From Lysobacterales bacterium (GTDB lineage Bacteria > Pseudomonadota > Gammaproteobacteria > Xanthomonadales > SZUA-5), in contig JAWLAT010000008.1 in NCBI GenBank assembly GCA_041395325.1, positions 55,102 through 119,101 on the forward strand: a stretch of 64,000 nucleotides of DNA, written 5' to 3'. Below the pieces are notes generated by a model. The model was not told where the DNA came from, did no database searches, and saw nothing but the letters and a program-made list of their open reading frames with translations. The position numbers were made by a program, and so were the translations under genes. Shown here piece by piece: positions 18,998 through 27,200 of this stretch. Within the stretch, counting starts at the first letter, position 1. The number at the start of each line of letters is the position of its first letter.

Positions 18998-19798
18998 CTA
19001 GGCCAGGTTGCCAGTTGCTGCTGCAAGCATGGATCGCATCCGCTCATCCACCCGCATCGCTCGACCTGGCGGAATCACCAGCGTGTCGGCCAGGTCCACG
19101 TCAGCCTCGGTCAGGTCCGACAAGGCGATCCACCGAAGCTTCGCCTGCTCCAGCGGAAAGGTGGCGGCGCGATAGAGGCAGACCTGATGGTCGCCCGGGT
19201 AGTCGCGTAGCAGCACTTCGACCAGCAGAGCGCGTTGCGCGCGGCCTGTTGAAAGTTGCGCAAGGGAGCGGTCCCCGACCACGCCGACTTGCCACAGGAT
19301 CAGCAGGGCGGCAGGGTCAAAGCGGCGTTGGTAGAGCAGGAACTGCGTGGCTTCGTAGTGCTGGCAGCCGCAGTCTCCCGGATCCAGGCCGAGATCGGCA
19401 TAGAGGCAGTCTTCGGCCGACACGCCCGGCTCCAGTCGGGCGCGGATACCTTCGGCACGGGCGCGGCGGATGGCCTCATGCGGCACCCAGGCGAATACGC
19501 CGGGATGACCGTAGAAGGCGCCACAGACGCGCTGGCCGTCGCGCGCCGCGGTCAGCATCTCCTCGACCATGCCCTCATAACCGATCCGCCGCGAACGACC
19601 TTCCTGATAATGCGGCTGCAGACTGATGAAACGCTGGCTGAGCTCTTCCACCCAGCGTTCCACCAGGCCATCGGAAAAATTGCCGTAGACCACATCGGCG
19701 TGCTCGATTTCGTGCCGGGCTCGCGGCGTCAGATGCCCGCCCAGCAGCATACCGGTACCGACGCAGACCAGCTGTCCGTGGCGGGTGACTTCGCTCAT
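18998..19798 (-). CDS. SAM-dependent TP_methylase-fold enzyme of the borosin-type peptide alpha-N-methyltransferase kind
   Basis: From ATG 19798: MSEVTRHGQLVCVGTGM..., ADVVY, AFYGHPGVFAWVPHEAIRRARAEG, LEPGVSAEDCLYADLGLDPGDCGCQHYEATQFLL, ILWQVGVVGD. This motif set and order match what I recall for OphMA/SonM-type peptide N-methyltransferases rather than corrin/uroporphyrinogen or rRNA methylases. Confidence 0.78.
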   Translation of the reverse strand: MSEVTRHGQLVCVGTGMLLGGHLTPRARHEIEHADVVYGNFSDGLVERWVEELSQRFISLQPHYQEGRSRRIGYEGMVEEMLTAARDGQRVCGAFYGHPGVFAWVPHEAIRRARAEGIRARLEPGVSAEDCLYADLGLDPGDCGCQHYEATQFLLYQRRFDPAALLILWQVGVVGDRSLAQLSTGRAQRALLVEVLLRDYPGDHQVCLYRAATFPLEQAKLRWIALSDLTEADVDLADTLVIPPGRAMRVDERMRSMLAAATGNLA

Positions 19799-19864
19799 CA
19801 CCACTGTCCTCGCTATCGGGGAGCACACCGAAGGTGCCCGAGCACCCAGATTCTATCGGGGCAT

Positions 19865-19886
19865 CCCGATCAACGTCAGGATCGGG
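19865..19886. promoter_or_regulatory. Inverted repeat CCCGATC-N8-GATCGGG upstream of the methyltransferase gene
   Basis: 7-bp perfect arms in the 171-bp gap between the upstream GNAT gene and the methyltransferase start. Two CTATCGGGG direct repeats lie nearby (19811-19819, 19852-19860). Function unknown. Confidence 0.25.
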
Positions 19887-19969
19887 CAGCATCCTCGCGG
19901 TCACCCCGCTGGGACCGCCCGGTTGAAGCCTTCGATGAGTGGCGCGGATCGGTCGACGACAAACCAGTC

Positions 19970-20524
19970 TCAGTCCGTGCCTGAGTCAGCTGTCGCGAGC
20001 GCATCTGAACTCGCCGTCGGTTGCAGCAGCAGTTGCCAATAGCCCACATCCACCCAGCGGCCCAGCTTGTGGCCGACCTGTTCGAAATGGGCAACCTTGC
20101 GGAAACCCAGCCGCTCATGCAGCGCCACGCTGGGCGCATTGGGCAGCGCAATCCCGCCGATGGCGGTGTGCAGCTGGCGGGCGCGCAATTCGGCAAGCAG
20201 CGCCGAGTACAGCCGTCCACCCAGTCCGCGGCCGAGGTGCGCTCGATCCAGATACACCGTCGATTCCACCGAGTGTCGATAGGCGGGCCGTCCCTTCCAC
20301 GGCGTCGCACAGGCATAGCCGAGCAACTGCCCGGCGTGCTCGGCCACCAGCCACGGCAATGTGGCGGACTGCACCTCGGCAATGCGCTGGGCCATCGTTG
20401 CGGCCGCGACGGCTTCCGTTTCGAAACTGACCCAGGTCCCCAGCACATAGGGGTTGTAGATCGCTGCAATCCCGCCGGCATCAGCCAACGTGACGGGACG
20501 AATCTGCACCATCGACCGATCCAT
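19970..20524 (-). CDS. GNAT-family acetyltransferase, phosphinothricin/MSO acetyltransferase-like
   Basis: From MDRSMVQIRPVTLADAGGIAAIYNPYVLGTWVSFETE... to RGLGGRLYSALL (CoA motif) ... ALHERLGFRKVAHFEQVGHKLGRWVDV, typical of the PAT subfamily. The upstream extension to 20635 overlaps the GrpB gene and is rejected. Confidence 0.85.
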   Translation of the reverse strand: MDRSMVQIRPVTLADAGGIAAIYNPYVLGTWVSFETEAVAAATMAQRIAEVQSATLPWLVAEHAGQLLGYACATPWKGRPAYRHSVESTVYLDRAHLGRGLGGRLYSALLAELRARQLHTAIGGIALPNAPSVALHERLGFRKVAHFEQVGHKLGRWVDVGYWQLLLQPTASSDALATADSGTD

Positions 20525-20528
20525 TGCC

Positions 20529-21011
20529 TCAAGGCCGCCAGCGCTGGTGGATGCGGTCGTAGAAGACCTGCTTCTCGGCCTGATAGCGCGACTTGTCGTT
20601 CGGGTATTTCGCCTGCAGTGCGCGCTTGAGGGCATTCAGCTCGGCCACCAGGGCTGGCTCGGCGCGCATCACTTCAACGAAGTGCAGATGCAGTAGCGCA
20701 TCCCGATGGCCGGTCTGGAAACAATGCAGATGCACCTTGGGGCGTTCGCGGACGAAATATTCGCGACCCTCGATGCCATGGGCGCCCCGCGCCTCGTAGC
20801 CGATGGTCTCGAAACGCTGGCGCGCGTGGCCAACCTCGGCCAGATCCGAGACCAGACCGAGAATATCGATGCAGTTCTTGGCGATCAGTCCCGGCACAGC
20901 GGTGGAGCCGATGTGGTGGAAGCGGATCTCTCCGGGGTAGGCCGAGTGCAGTTGAGTGACCGCCCGCGCGTAGGCCGCGGGCCACTCGGGGGATGGTTCA
21001 ACGAGATACAT
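20529..21011 (-). CDS. GrpB (UPF0157) family protein
   Basis: HHIGSTAVPGLIAKNCIDIL and HLH...HRDALLHL...LRA.P....EY..LK motifs characteristic of GrpB. Confidence 0.85.
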   Translation of the reverse strand: MYLVEPSPEWPAAYARAVTQLHSAYPGEIRFHHIGSTAVPGLIAKNCIDILGLVSDLAEVGHARQRFETIGYEARGAHGIEGREYFVRERPKVHLHCFQTGHRDALLHLHFVEVMRAEPALVAELNALKRALQAKYPNDKSRYQAEKQVFYDRIHQRWRP

Positions 21012-21029
21012 GGCCGCCTTCGTGCTCCG

Positions 21030-21257
21030 TCATGGCGCGTCACGCAGCCGCGCCCGACATTGTTCGATGAACTGCTCGTGGGACAACTCCCCGCCTCGAT
21101 GCAGCTGCTTTTCGAAGACGCAACACAGGTTCCACAAGGCACGCTGTTCGGCCTGGTCGATGATGCTCAGAGCATCGGTGTCGCTGTAGCGCCGCACCAG
21201 TTCAAACAGCACCCAGGCTTCATCGTGGGTCAACGACAGGCTGATTTCAGCGTCCAT
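21030..21257 (-). CDS. Hypothetical small protein (75 aa)
   Basis: ATG start 3 nt after the MAPEG stop; GC3-rich codon usage; no recognisable motif. Confidence 0.5.
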   Translation of the reverse strand: MDAEISLSLTHDEAWVLFELVRRYSDTDALSIIDQAEQRALWNLCCVFEKQLHRGGELSHEQFIEQCRARLRDAP

Positions 21258-21260
21258 CGC

Positions 21261-21650
21261 TCAGTCTGCGCCCTTGCCCAGCGCCGCTGGCACCAGGGCC
21301 GCCAGGGCCAGGCCGAGCACCGGCAGGATGCTGAGCAGGAATCCCCTGCCGCGGGAGGCCGGTCTGGACACATAGGCATGCCAGTAAACCACGCGACCCA
21401 GCAGATAAATGATGCCGATGCCGGCGATGATCCAGTCCGGCCAGTAGCGGGCGGCGACATACAAGGCCGGCAGGAAGGCGACCAGCAGCTCCAGCGTGTT
21501 CATCTGCACCCGATAGACCCGCTCAAAGGGCTCGCTGCCGGTCACCGCAGGCGCCTTCACCCCATATCGACCGCGGGCCTTGCCCACCAGACTGGCGAAG
21601 ACCAGGTACTGCAGCACGGCCAGCATGGCGACCACATCGACCGGGTTCAT
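21261..21650 (-). CDS. MAPEG-family membrane protein (microsomal glutathione S-transferase-like)
   Basis: 129 aa with 3-4 TM helices. The RVQMNTLE and GRVVYWHAY motifs are typical of MAPEG. Confidence 0.78.
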   Translation of the reverse strand: MNPVDVVAMLAVLQYLVFASLVGKARGRYGVKAPAVTGSEPFERVYRVQMNTLELLVAFLPALYVAARYWPDWIIAGIGIIYLLGRVVYWHAYVSRPASRGRGFLLSILPVLGLALAALVPAALGKGAD

Positions 21651-21723
21651 TCGGACGCACCCTCAACAACCGCCATGGTGCAGGCATGGTACTCGGCGGC
21701 CGCGCTTGCGGCAGGGCGAAGAC

Positions 21724-22524
21724 TCAGTGCTTGGCCGTGTCGAGAGACCGGATCAGACGCGCCATCGTGGCTTGGCTGTAGTGACCCCGCAATGGCGTTT
21801 CCGATAGCGGCGGTGGTGCATCGGCACTGCGCAGTGTTTCGGTCAGCCCGCTGCGGCTGTCGTAGATCGGCGCCTGTACCGTTAGCGCCATTGGTGCGGG
21901 AAGAGCACCGTGCACGGCTCGATGGACCAGCAGTCCGTTGAGCAGGGCCAGGTCGGTGCCTGGATGCATGCCATCAGCCGCGAACCAGTTCAGTTCGGGC
22001 GCCAGTGCCCGAAGTTGTTGCAGCGTCTCGGAGACCTCGATGTAGGGAATGCCGGCAACGGCGGCAGCCTCCGACTCCATCGCCACCAGTTCCCTTGAGG
22101 CCTGTGGATTGGCCTGATAGGTCCCGAGCAAGAACACCCTCGTGCCGTGGTTGCGCGCCAGAAGGGCCAGATCCTTGACCGCTTGCCGTGATCGGGCACA
22201 GGACGGCCGACCGAAGGAACACATCAGATCACCACCCCGTTCCTGCAACACAAGGACTGAATAGCGCTGGTCCTGCAGTGCCCTCGCAACGGATCCATCA
22301 GTCAATCGTTGGTGCAGTGTGGCCCCACCGCGCACGATCATGTCGGTCGCCACTGGCCGTCCAGTGGAAGCCGACAGCGCTGCATACACGGCCGGCGTAT
22401 TGCCGACGTAGATCAGGCTGTTGCCGACGAACAGGACCCGGCCCTCCGCAGAACGGTGGCCTGGTGTACTGCAGGCAACGCAGAGGAGCGCGACCAGCAA
22501 GAGCAACGGCAGCATACGGCGCAT
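21724..22524 (-). CDS. SGNH/GDSL-like hydrolase lipoprotein
   Basis: Lipobox LLCVAC; FVGNSL (block I Ser); C-terminal DGMHP (Asp-x-x-His). Start chosen at MRRMLPLLLL. Confidence 0.68.
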   Translation of the reverse strand: MRRMLPLLLLVALLCVACSTPGHRSAEGRVLFVGNSLIYVGNTPAVYAALSASTGRPVATDMIVRGGATLHQRLTDGSVARALQDQRYSVLVLQERGGDLMCSFGRPSCARSRQAVKDLALLARNHGTRVFLLGTYQANPQASRELVAMESEAAAVAGIPYIEVSETLQQLRALAPELNWFAADGMHPGTDLALLNGLLVHRAVHGALPAPMALTVQAPIYDSRSGLTETLRSADAPPPLSETPLRGHYSQATMARLIRSLDTAKH

Positions 22525-22642
22525 CAGTCGGCAACCGAGCGGGGCAGAGATCCCCGACATGGGGCTTGGGACACGGGCCTCAAGCCGTCAGATCCAGCTG
22601 TGGCCTTTGCTGTTCGGCCAAGCCAGGGGAAACAGACGCGGG

Positions 22643-23083
22643 CTACCGACCAGCAATCACCACAATATTGAACTCGCGACGAATGGCACTCAGCGACCAC
22701 TCCAGGTACGCCTCGTGGTCGGCCCAGGGCCAGCGTCGATGCATGCGTCGGGCATGAATGAGTGCGCGCGGAATGGCCACGATCAGTCGGGGCAGATTGC
22801 GCAACACATGGGCCACGCTGTATTGCCGAAACAGGCTGAAGGCGCTGGCTTCCGAGTAGCCGGCCAGGTGACCACGCCAACCCAGCGTGGTGCCGAACAG
22901 CGTGTAGATCTTGACGATGCCCTCGCCCAACAGCGAGGTATCGCAGCCGAACACCACGTGCGCCACATCATGGCAACGGAAGAAGGCCTGCGCCTGCGCC
23001 GAGTGGTCGCGGTCGCCGAACAACCCGGCGTTGCGGGCGTAGTACCGCTCCAGTCCCTCGCGCAGGCTGATCGAGTCGGTCAC
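22643..23083 (-). CDS. Hypothetical protein with Coq4-like HDxxH-x11-E metal-binding motif
   Basis: CHDVAHVVFGCDTSLLGE fits HDxxH(x)11E. GTG start with GGGGAAG SD 8-9 nt upstream. Family assignment is tentative. Confidence 0.5.
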   Translation of the reverse strand: MTDSISLREGLERYYARNAGLFGDRDHSAQAQAFFRCHDVAHVVFGCDTSLLGEGIVKIYTLFGTTLGWRGHLAGYSEASAFSLFRQYSVAHVLRNLPRLIVAIPRALIHARRMHRRWPWADHEAYLEWSLSAIRREFNIVVIAGR

Positions 23084-23130
23084 GAGATCACTTCCCCGGC
23101 ATCCTCACTGCAGTCAGCCGCCGGGCTCGC

Positions 23131-23652
23131 TCAGGCGCACTCATACTCGCTGGCCCATTGAGTCTTGCCGCACGCGACGCATCGCAAAGGCAACGCGAAT
23201 CCGTCGAAAAAATCCTCGATATGAGCAATCACGTCCGCATCCAGATCGTTGATGGGCTCGATCTGATAGGAGAAGGACGCGAACACGTCGAATCTGACGC
23301 CGGAACAACTGCACGAGAAGGGCTGCGGAGCACCTTCTCCGCGCATCGAGTAGCAGCTGCCATCCAACTCAGCGTCGTAGCCGTGCACGGCGATATCGAA
23401 GAGCAATGCGCTGGCACCGCAAGCCGGACATTCCAGCGTGATCGGACACAAAAGTCCGGCCTCGGCATGTGGAAAACCCAGCACGCGAAATTGGCGGGAC
23501 CCACACGGGCAGCCCAAGTGCAGCAGGGCGAGTTCATCCCAACACTCCCACGCGGATTCCGGTGCTGACAGCGGTTCCACCACAAAGGCGGCAACACATC
23601 GTGGCGGCTTGCGCCAGGCATGCCTGACCAGATCCGTCGGCTCGTAGCTCAT
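23131..23652 (-). CDS. Hypothetical Cys-rich protein (two zinc-ribbon-like CxC...CxxC pairs)
   Basis: CPCGS...CPACG and CSCSG...CVACG spacing. The ATG overlaps the upstream gene's stop (ATGA at 23649-23652). Confidence 0.6.
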   Translation of the reverse strand: MSYEPTDLVRHAWRKPPRCVAAFVVEPLSAPESAWECWDELALLHLGCPCGSRQFRVLGFPHAEAGLLCPITLECPACGASALLFDIAVHGYDAELDGSCYSMRGEGAPQPFSCSCSGVRFDVFASFSYQIEPINDLDADVIAHIEDFFDGFALPLRCVACGKTQWASEYECA

Positions 23653-23906
23653 GACCAGTCGCGTTCAAATGCCGCGATGGCTTGCTGCAAAGTCGGGTGC
23701 AGCGGCGACCGCTCCTCGGGCGCCTGCTCCTGCAGCAACTCGACCAATTGCTGCTGCGAATGCGCGATTCCCGCGGGGATCGAGCCTGCATGGAAGTAGT
23801 CCTTGCTCTGGACGGTAAAGCCCTGACCGAGCAGTTCCAGACACTGATAGAGGACGACGCCATCGGGCGTTCGAGCCCAGACAGGTACGTGACGGTAGAG
23901 ATCCAT
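23649..23906 (-). CDS. Hypothetical small protein (85 aa)
   Basis: Start set to MDLYRHVPVW (GGAG 8 nt upstream). The track's upstream extension to 24029 uses AT-ending codons unlike the rest of the ORF. Confidence 0.5.
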   Translation of the reverse strand: MDLYRHVPVWARTPDGVVLYQCLELLGQGFTVQSKDYFHAGSIPAGIAHSQQQLVELLQEQAPEERSPLHPTLQQAIAAFERDWS

Positions 23907-24166
23907 TCGGCTCGCTCCTGAGACTCGATGCGCAGATGGTCTCAGGAATCGTCGAAGGATGCTCTGGGGACTCATCTGGGAGTCGTCATCTCCCCAACTT
24001 GCCCACACAGGCCCAGTGAGTTGCCTCAAATCGCACGCCGCAACTTCGCTGACGCTCTAGAGTGAGAGAAATCCCTTGGTTCGGCAAGTAGACAATGAAG
24101 TAACGGGCATTGACTAATAAAATCCGTTCAGTTTCAAACGACCCAATCATAATATGCGAGGAAGAA

Positions 24167-25856
24167 ATGGCGCTAGGCGAAGAACCGGCGAGTACGCCAA
24201 GTCCTCCACGGCCTTGGACGATCAAAGATGCAATAACATCGGTGATCGGGATGGTGGAAGAGGTTCCCAGTTGGCCGCCGGATCTATATGCGGTTGCAGC
24301 AACTATCCTCGCAGAAACAGGTGGGTACGTTCACGCCACGCATCTCGGATCGGGATGTGGGATCGAAACATGGAATGATGTAGCCCGATCACTCGCTTCG
24401 GAATGGGTTATTAAAGATGATCTGGAAGTAGAATGCATCCCTGGTGAAGTGCAAAATCTATGGGGGGAGTTGATCAGCCGCCACGACTTGGATCTTTCAA
24501 AAGTTCCAGGTGATTCGAGAATCTGCACCACTTTGGTAAAGCTACTGGCAATCGCTGACGAATGCAGTGCCGGGTTTGGTATAGATACCAACGATCCGAT
24601 ATGCCGTTCCGTCCTCGTTCTGCTCGCAAAAAACCGTTCGGCATCGCTGACAAAGAACGTACGGCTTGATAGGGCGCGAGTCCTACCAAAACAGCACACG
24701 CCGCAAACTGGCCTAACACTACGGTCACTTTCTCACCACTTGGCTTTAATCAGACCTAGAGGGGTGTCCGCGATTTGGTGCGCCCCGCTCGTTTTTAAGA
24801 AGCGTCAGGACGAAGACATAATAAATATCCTGATTTGTCCTTGGCCAGAAACAACCTCGGAGGCAGACTTTCGTACGGTGTTCTCCGTTCCGGACCATCA
24901 GGTCAGCAATAACTCAGTTCACAGGTTCTTCTGCTTCGACCCAAAGCACCCTGACGACAAGGAGGCTTTTGGCTCGAAACTGAGTAGGCGCGTTGCGGCA
25001 GGGAAGAGAATTTGTGGTGACATCCACCTGATCGTATTTCCAGAGCTTTCTTTGAGCGAAGACTGCCTCTCTGTGGCGAGGCGATTGGCTAACGAACATG
25101 GTGCAATGTTGGTGGCCGGCGTACGGCGTCGAGATAAGGGAAAGCGTCCTCTCAAATGTGCAGACGGTGATGAGCTTGGGGCGACAAGAAACACTTGCTT
25201 CGTCGACAGTCAAGGGTTATTCGCGAGAGGGTTCGAGAAGAACGAGCTCGACACCCTTTCTGGATTCAAGTTCGGAGAGTTTCAAGACAAGCATCATCGA
25301 TGGTCTCTCGACTGGCGCCAAGTGCTTCAATACGGCCTCGGGAGTCGATTGCCCACTTCTCGCCAGTGTTGGGAATGGACGCCGATCCGAGAGCGCCGTA
25401 TGCACTTTTGGACTATCAGCAACTGGCTTACTTGGGCACCATTGATCTGCGAGGACTTGGCCAGACAGGATCCGTTGCAGACATCAATACCTGAAGAGCT
25501 CGCCCCAAACCTCGTCATGGCTCTCCTTATGGACGGCCCGCAGCTTAGCAAGTAGTTGGTCTGCGAGGTTTGCCATGTGCTAGCGGAGGACCCCGGGTCT
25601 TCCGTCTTAACGATTACAAGTTTGGGGTTGACTCAGTAAAGGGTCTCCAGACGGAAAAGCCGGTTCTAGAGTTGTTTGTCTATGGCGGGACTTGCTCAGC
25701 GGCTTCCACGAGATTGAGATTCCAGAAGGCGCGGATTGTGGAGTCTTGAGCGTATCTCCGGTAAGGAGAGAGGAGTGGAGCGCAGACGGCCGGAGCGATG
25801 GAATGGTGTCGAGTACGCCCGTGTTCGCCGGTTTCACACCACTCCCCGTGGATTAG
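24167..25856 (+). pseudogene. Disrupted gene for a large protein with a C-terminal nitrilase-superfamily (CN-hydrolase)-like domain, in a low-GC islet
   Basis: Candidate Glu-Lys-Cys triad in order: HLIVFPELSL, FQDKHHRW, WAPLICEDLARQ, with spacing of about 82 and 53 aa. In-frame TAG at 25553-25555, after which the same frame still reads protein-like (LVCEVCHVLAEDPGSSVLTITSLGLTQ). TAA at 25637-25639, then the +1 frame continues (KGSPDGKAGSRVVCLWRDLLSGFHEIEIPEGADCGVLSV...TPLPVD) to TAG 25854-25856. First ATG is 24167 (the track starts at TTG 24110). Confidence 0.5.
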
Positions 25857-25925
25857 TACTAATCTTGAGAGTAAGCTTCGCGGGCAGGAGGCAGCTTGCT
25901 GCTGAGCGCGCGCCCTGGAGAGAAC

Positions 25926-26132
25926 ATGAGTGACAAGGCACAGGATTTCTCGCTGTTGGTTGAGCTAGCACGGGCTTCTGCTGACGGGAAGAGTGCAGAC
26001 GCCCAAGAGCTCCTTCGAATGGTGTCTGGTAGAGGCAACAAGGAGCTGGGAGAAGCACTCTTGGGGCAGAGTGATCGGCCCGACCAGATCATAGGCGTCA
26101 AGTTCATAAGGAGGGCGGCAGGGCTCTCCTAG
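25926..26132 (+). CDS. Hypothetical small protein (68 aa)
   Basis: MSDKAQDFSLLVELARASADGK... with GGAGA RBS 5 nt upstream. Lies inside the low-GC islet. No motif recognised. Confidence 0.35.
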   Translation: MSDKAQDFSLLVELARASADGKSADAQELLRMVSGRGNKELGEALLGQSDRPDQIIGVKFIRRAAGLS

Positions 26133-26229
26133 ACCGGAATGATCGGACGACAGCACGCGTTGTGCGTCGGTACATGGCCTGACTCTCGTAGTGCGTTCGG
26201 GCTCTTGTTGCCGGAATTCGGATGTGCGC

Positions 26230-26592
26230 TCAAGTCCGTCGCGCGTACTGGCTGGCCAGCGCCATGGCCACCCGGCCGATGAGTTCGTAGGGGATTGGCT
26301 CGGCATAGCGGAAGGCCAGATTGCCCTTCTCATTGCGGTAGGGCGCCAGTTCGGCGATCAGTGACGCATCCTGCGTGACCGGGGGATAGACGCCGAGATG
26401 CTGCTTGAAGCCGGCGAAATAGAAGAAGACCCGGTCCAGGCGGAAGGCCGGCATGTTGTAGCTGATGCAGCGCCGGGCCTCCGGCAAGGCCGCCTCCACC
26501 AACGCCTGGACCTTGCGCAGGATCGGCTGCACCTCGGCCGACATTGAGGTGATGTAGTCGTCGTGGGAGGTGAAGCGGGATGGCTTGGGCAT
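26230..26592 (-). CDS. DUF1801 (YdhG-like) domain protein
   Basis: 120 aa. The pattern I..YNMPAF....VFFYFAGFKQHLGVYP is typical of DUF1801. Confidence 0.78.
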   Translation of the reverse strand: MPKPSRFTSHDDYITSMSAEVQPILRKVQALVEAALPEARRCISYNMPAFRLDRVFFYFAGFKQHLGVYPPVTQDASLIAELAPYRNEKGNLAFRYAEPIPYELIGRVAMALASQYARRT

Positions 26593-26614
26593 GGGCTGGT
26601 CCTGGCGCGAAGCT

Positions 26615-27004
26615 CTATCGTTCCTTCAGGTCCGTCGGGATTTCGCCATCCGGCAGGTCTGCCGGAAGTCGCGCGCACTCGGTGTAGTCCGAAGGCGGCT
26701 GCCAGGTGTCATCGTAGCCGTGACAAATGTGCTCACAGCCACCACCGGTCAGGCGTACCGCACCATCGGGCAAACGATCTCGATGCCGTTCATTGACCAG
26801 ACACTCAACGACGCACGCATCTCCGAGCGCACAACGACTCACCAGCCGTTCCATTTGGCAACGCTCACGCTCCGACAGATAGGCAAGTGGATTTGTTCGC
26901 TGGACATCCAGGCATGGCGATGTCGCGATTGCGACGGCAGGCTGCGCACCCGCCGCAGCACCGGCAATGCCCAGCGAAGCGAGTGCCAATGCACACCAGC
27001 GCAA
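26615..27004 (-). CDS. Hypothetical secreted Cys-rich protein
   Basis: TTG start followed by a signal-peptide-like RWCALALASLGIAGAAAGAQPAVA; 10 Cys in the mature part. Confidence 0.5.
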   Translation of the reverse strand: MRWCALALASLGIAGAAAGAQPAVAIATSPCLDVQRTNPLAYLSERERCQMERLVSRCALGDACVVECLVNERHRDRLPDGAVRLTGGGCEHICHGYDDTWQPPSDYTECARLPADLPDGEIPTDLKER

Positions 27005-27200
27005 TGCGGACTTCGGGTCACCGGTCTACGGTGGCGCCTTCAACTACCTGGATGTGGAAGCTTTCAAACGGTTCGTCCTGTCGCGGCGCTGGCAGATGCC
27101 GGAGTCGGTTCTGCTGCTGCTGAGCGATGAAGAGGACGACGGGTTCAGTGTATTCACCCCGCCGCACCGTACCGACACAATTGACGAGGGATCACCATGA
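26967..27200 (+). CDS. Hypothetical protein (77 aa), start uncertain
   Basis: GC3-rich frame. Its stop overlaps the next ATG (ATGA at 27197-27200). The annotated ATG overlaps the divergent gene by 38 nt, so the true start may be further downstream. Confidence 0.4.
   Translation: MPSEASANAHQRNADFGSPVYGGAFNYLDVEAFKRFVLSRRWQMPESVLLLLSDEEDDGFSVFTPPHRTDTIDEGSP

Noticed and set aside
25553-25555. In-frame TAG as possible programmed readthrough or recoding rather than a lesion
   Set aside because: A second stop (TAA 25637) and a +1 frame change follow within 90 nt, and no recoding signals were seen. Gene decay or sequencing error is the simpler explanation.
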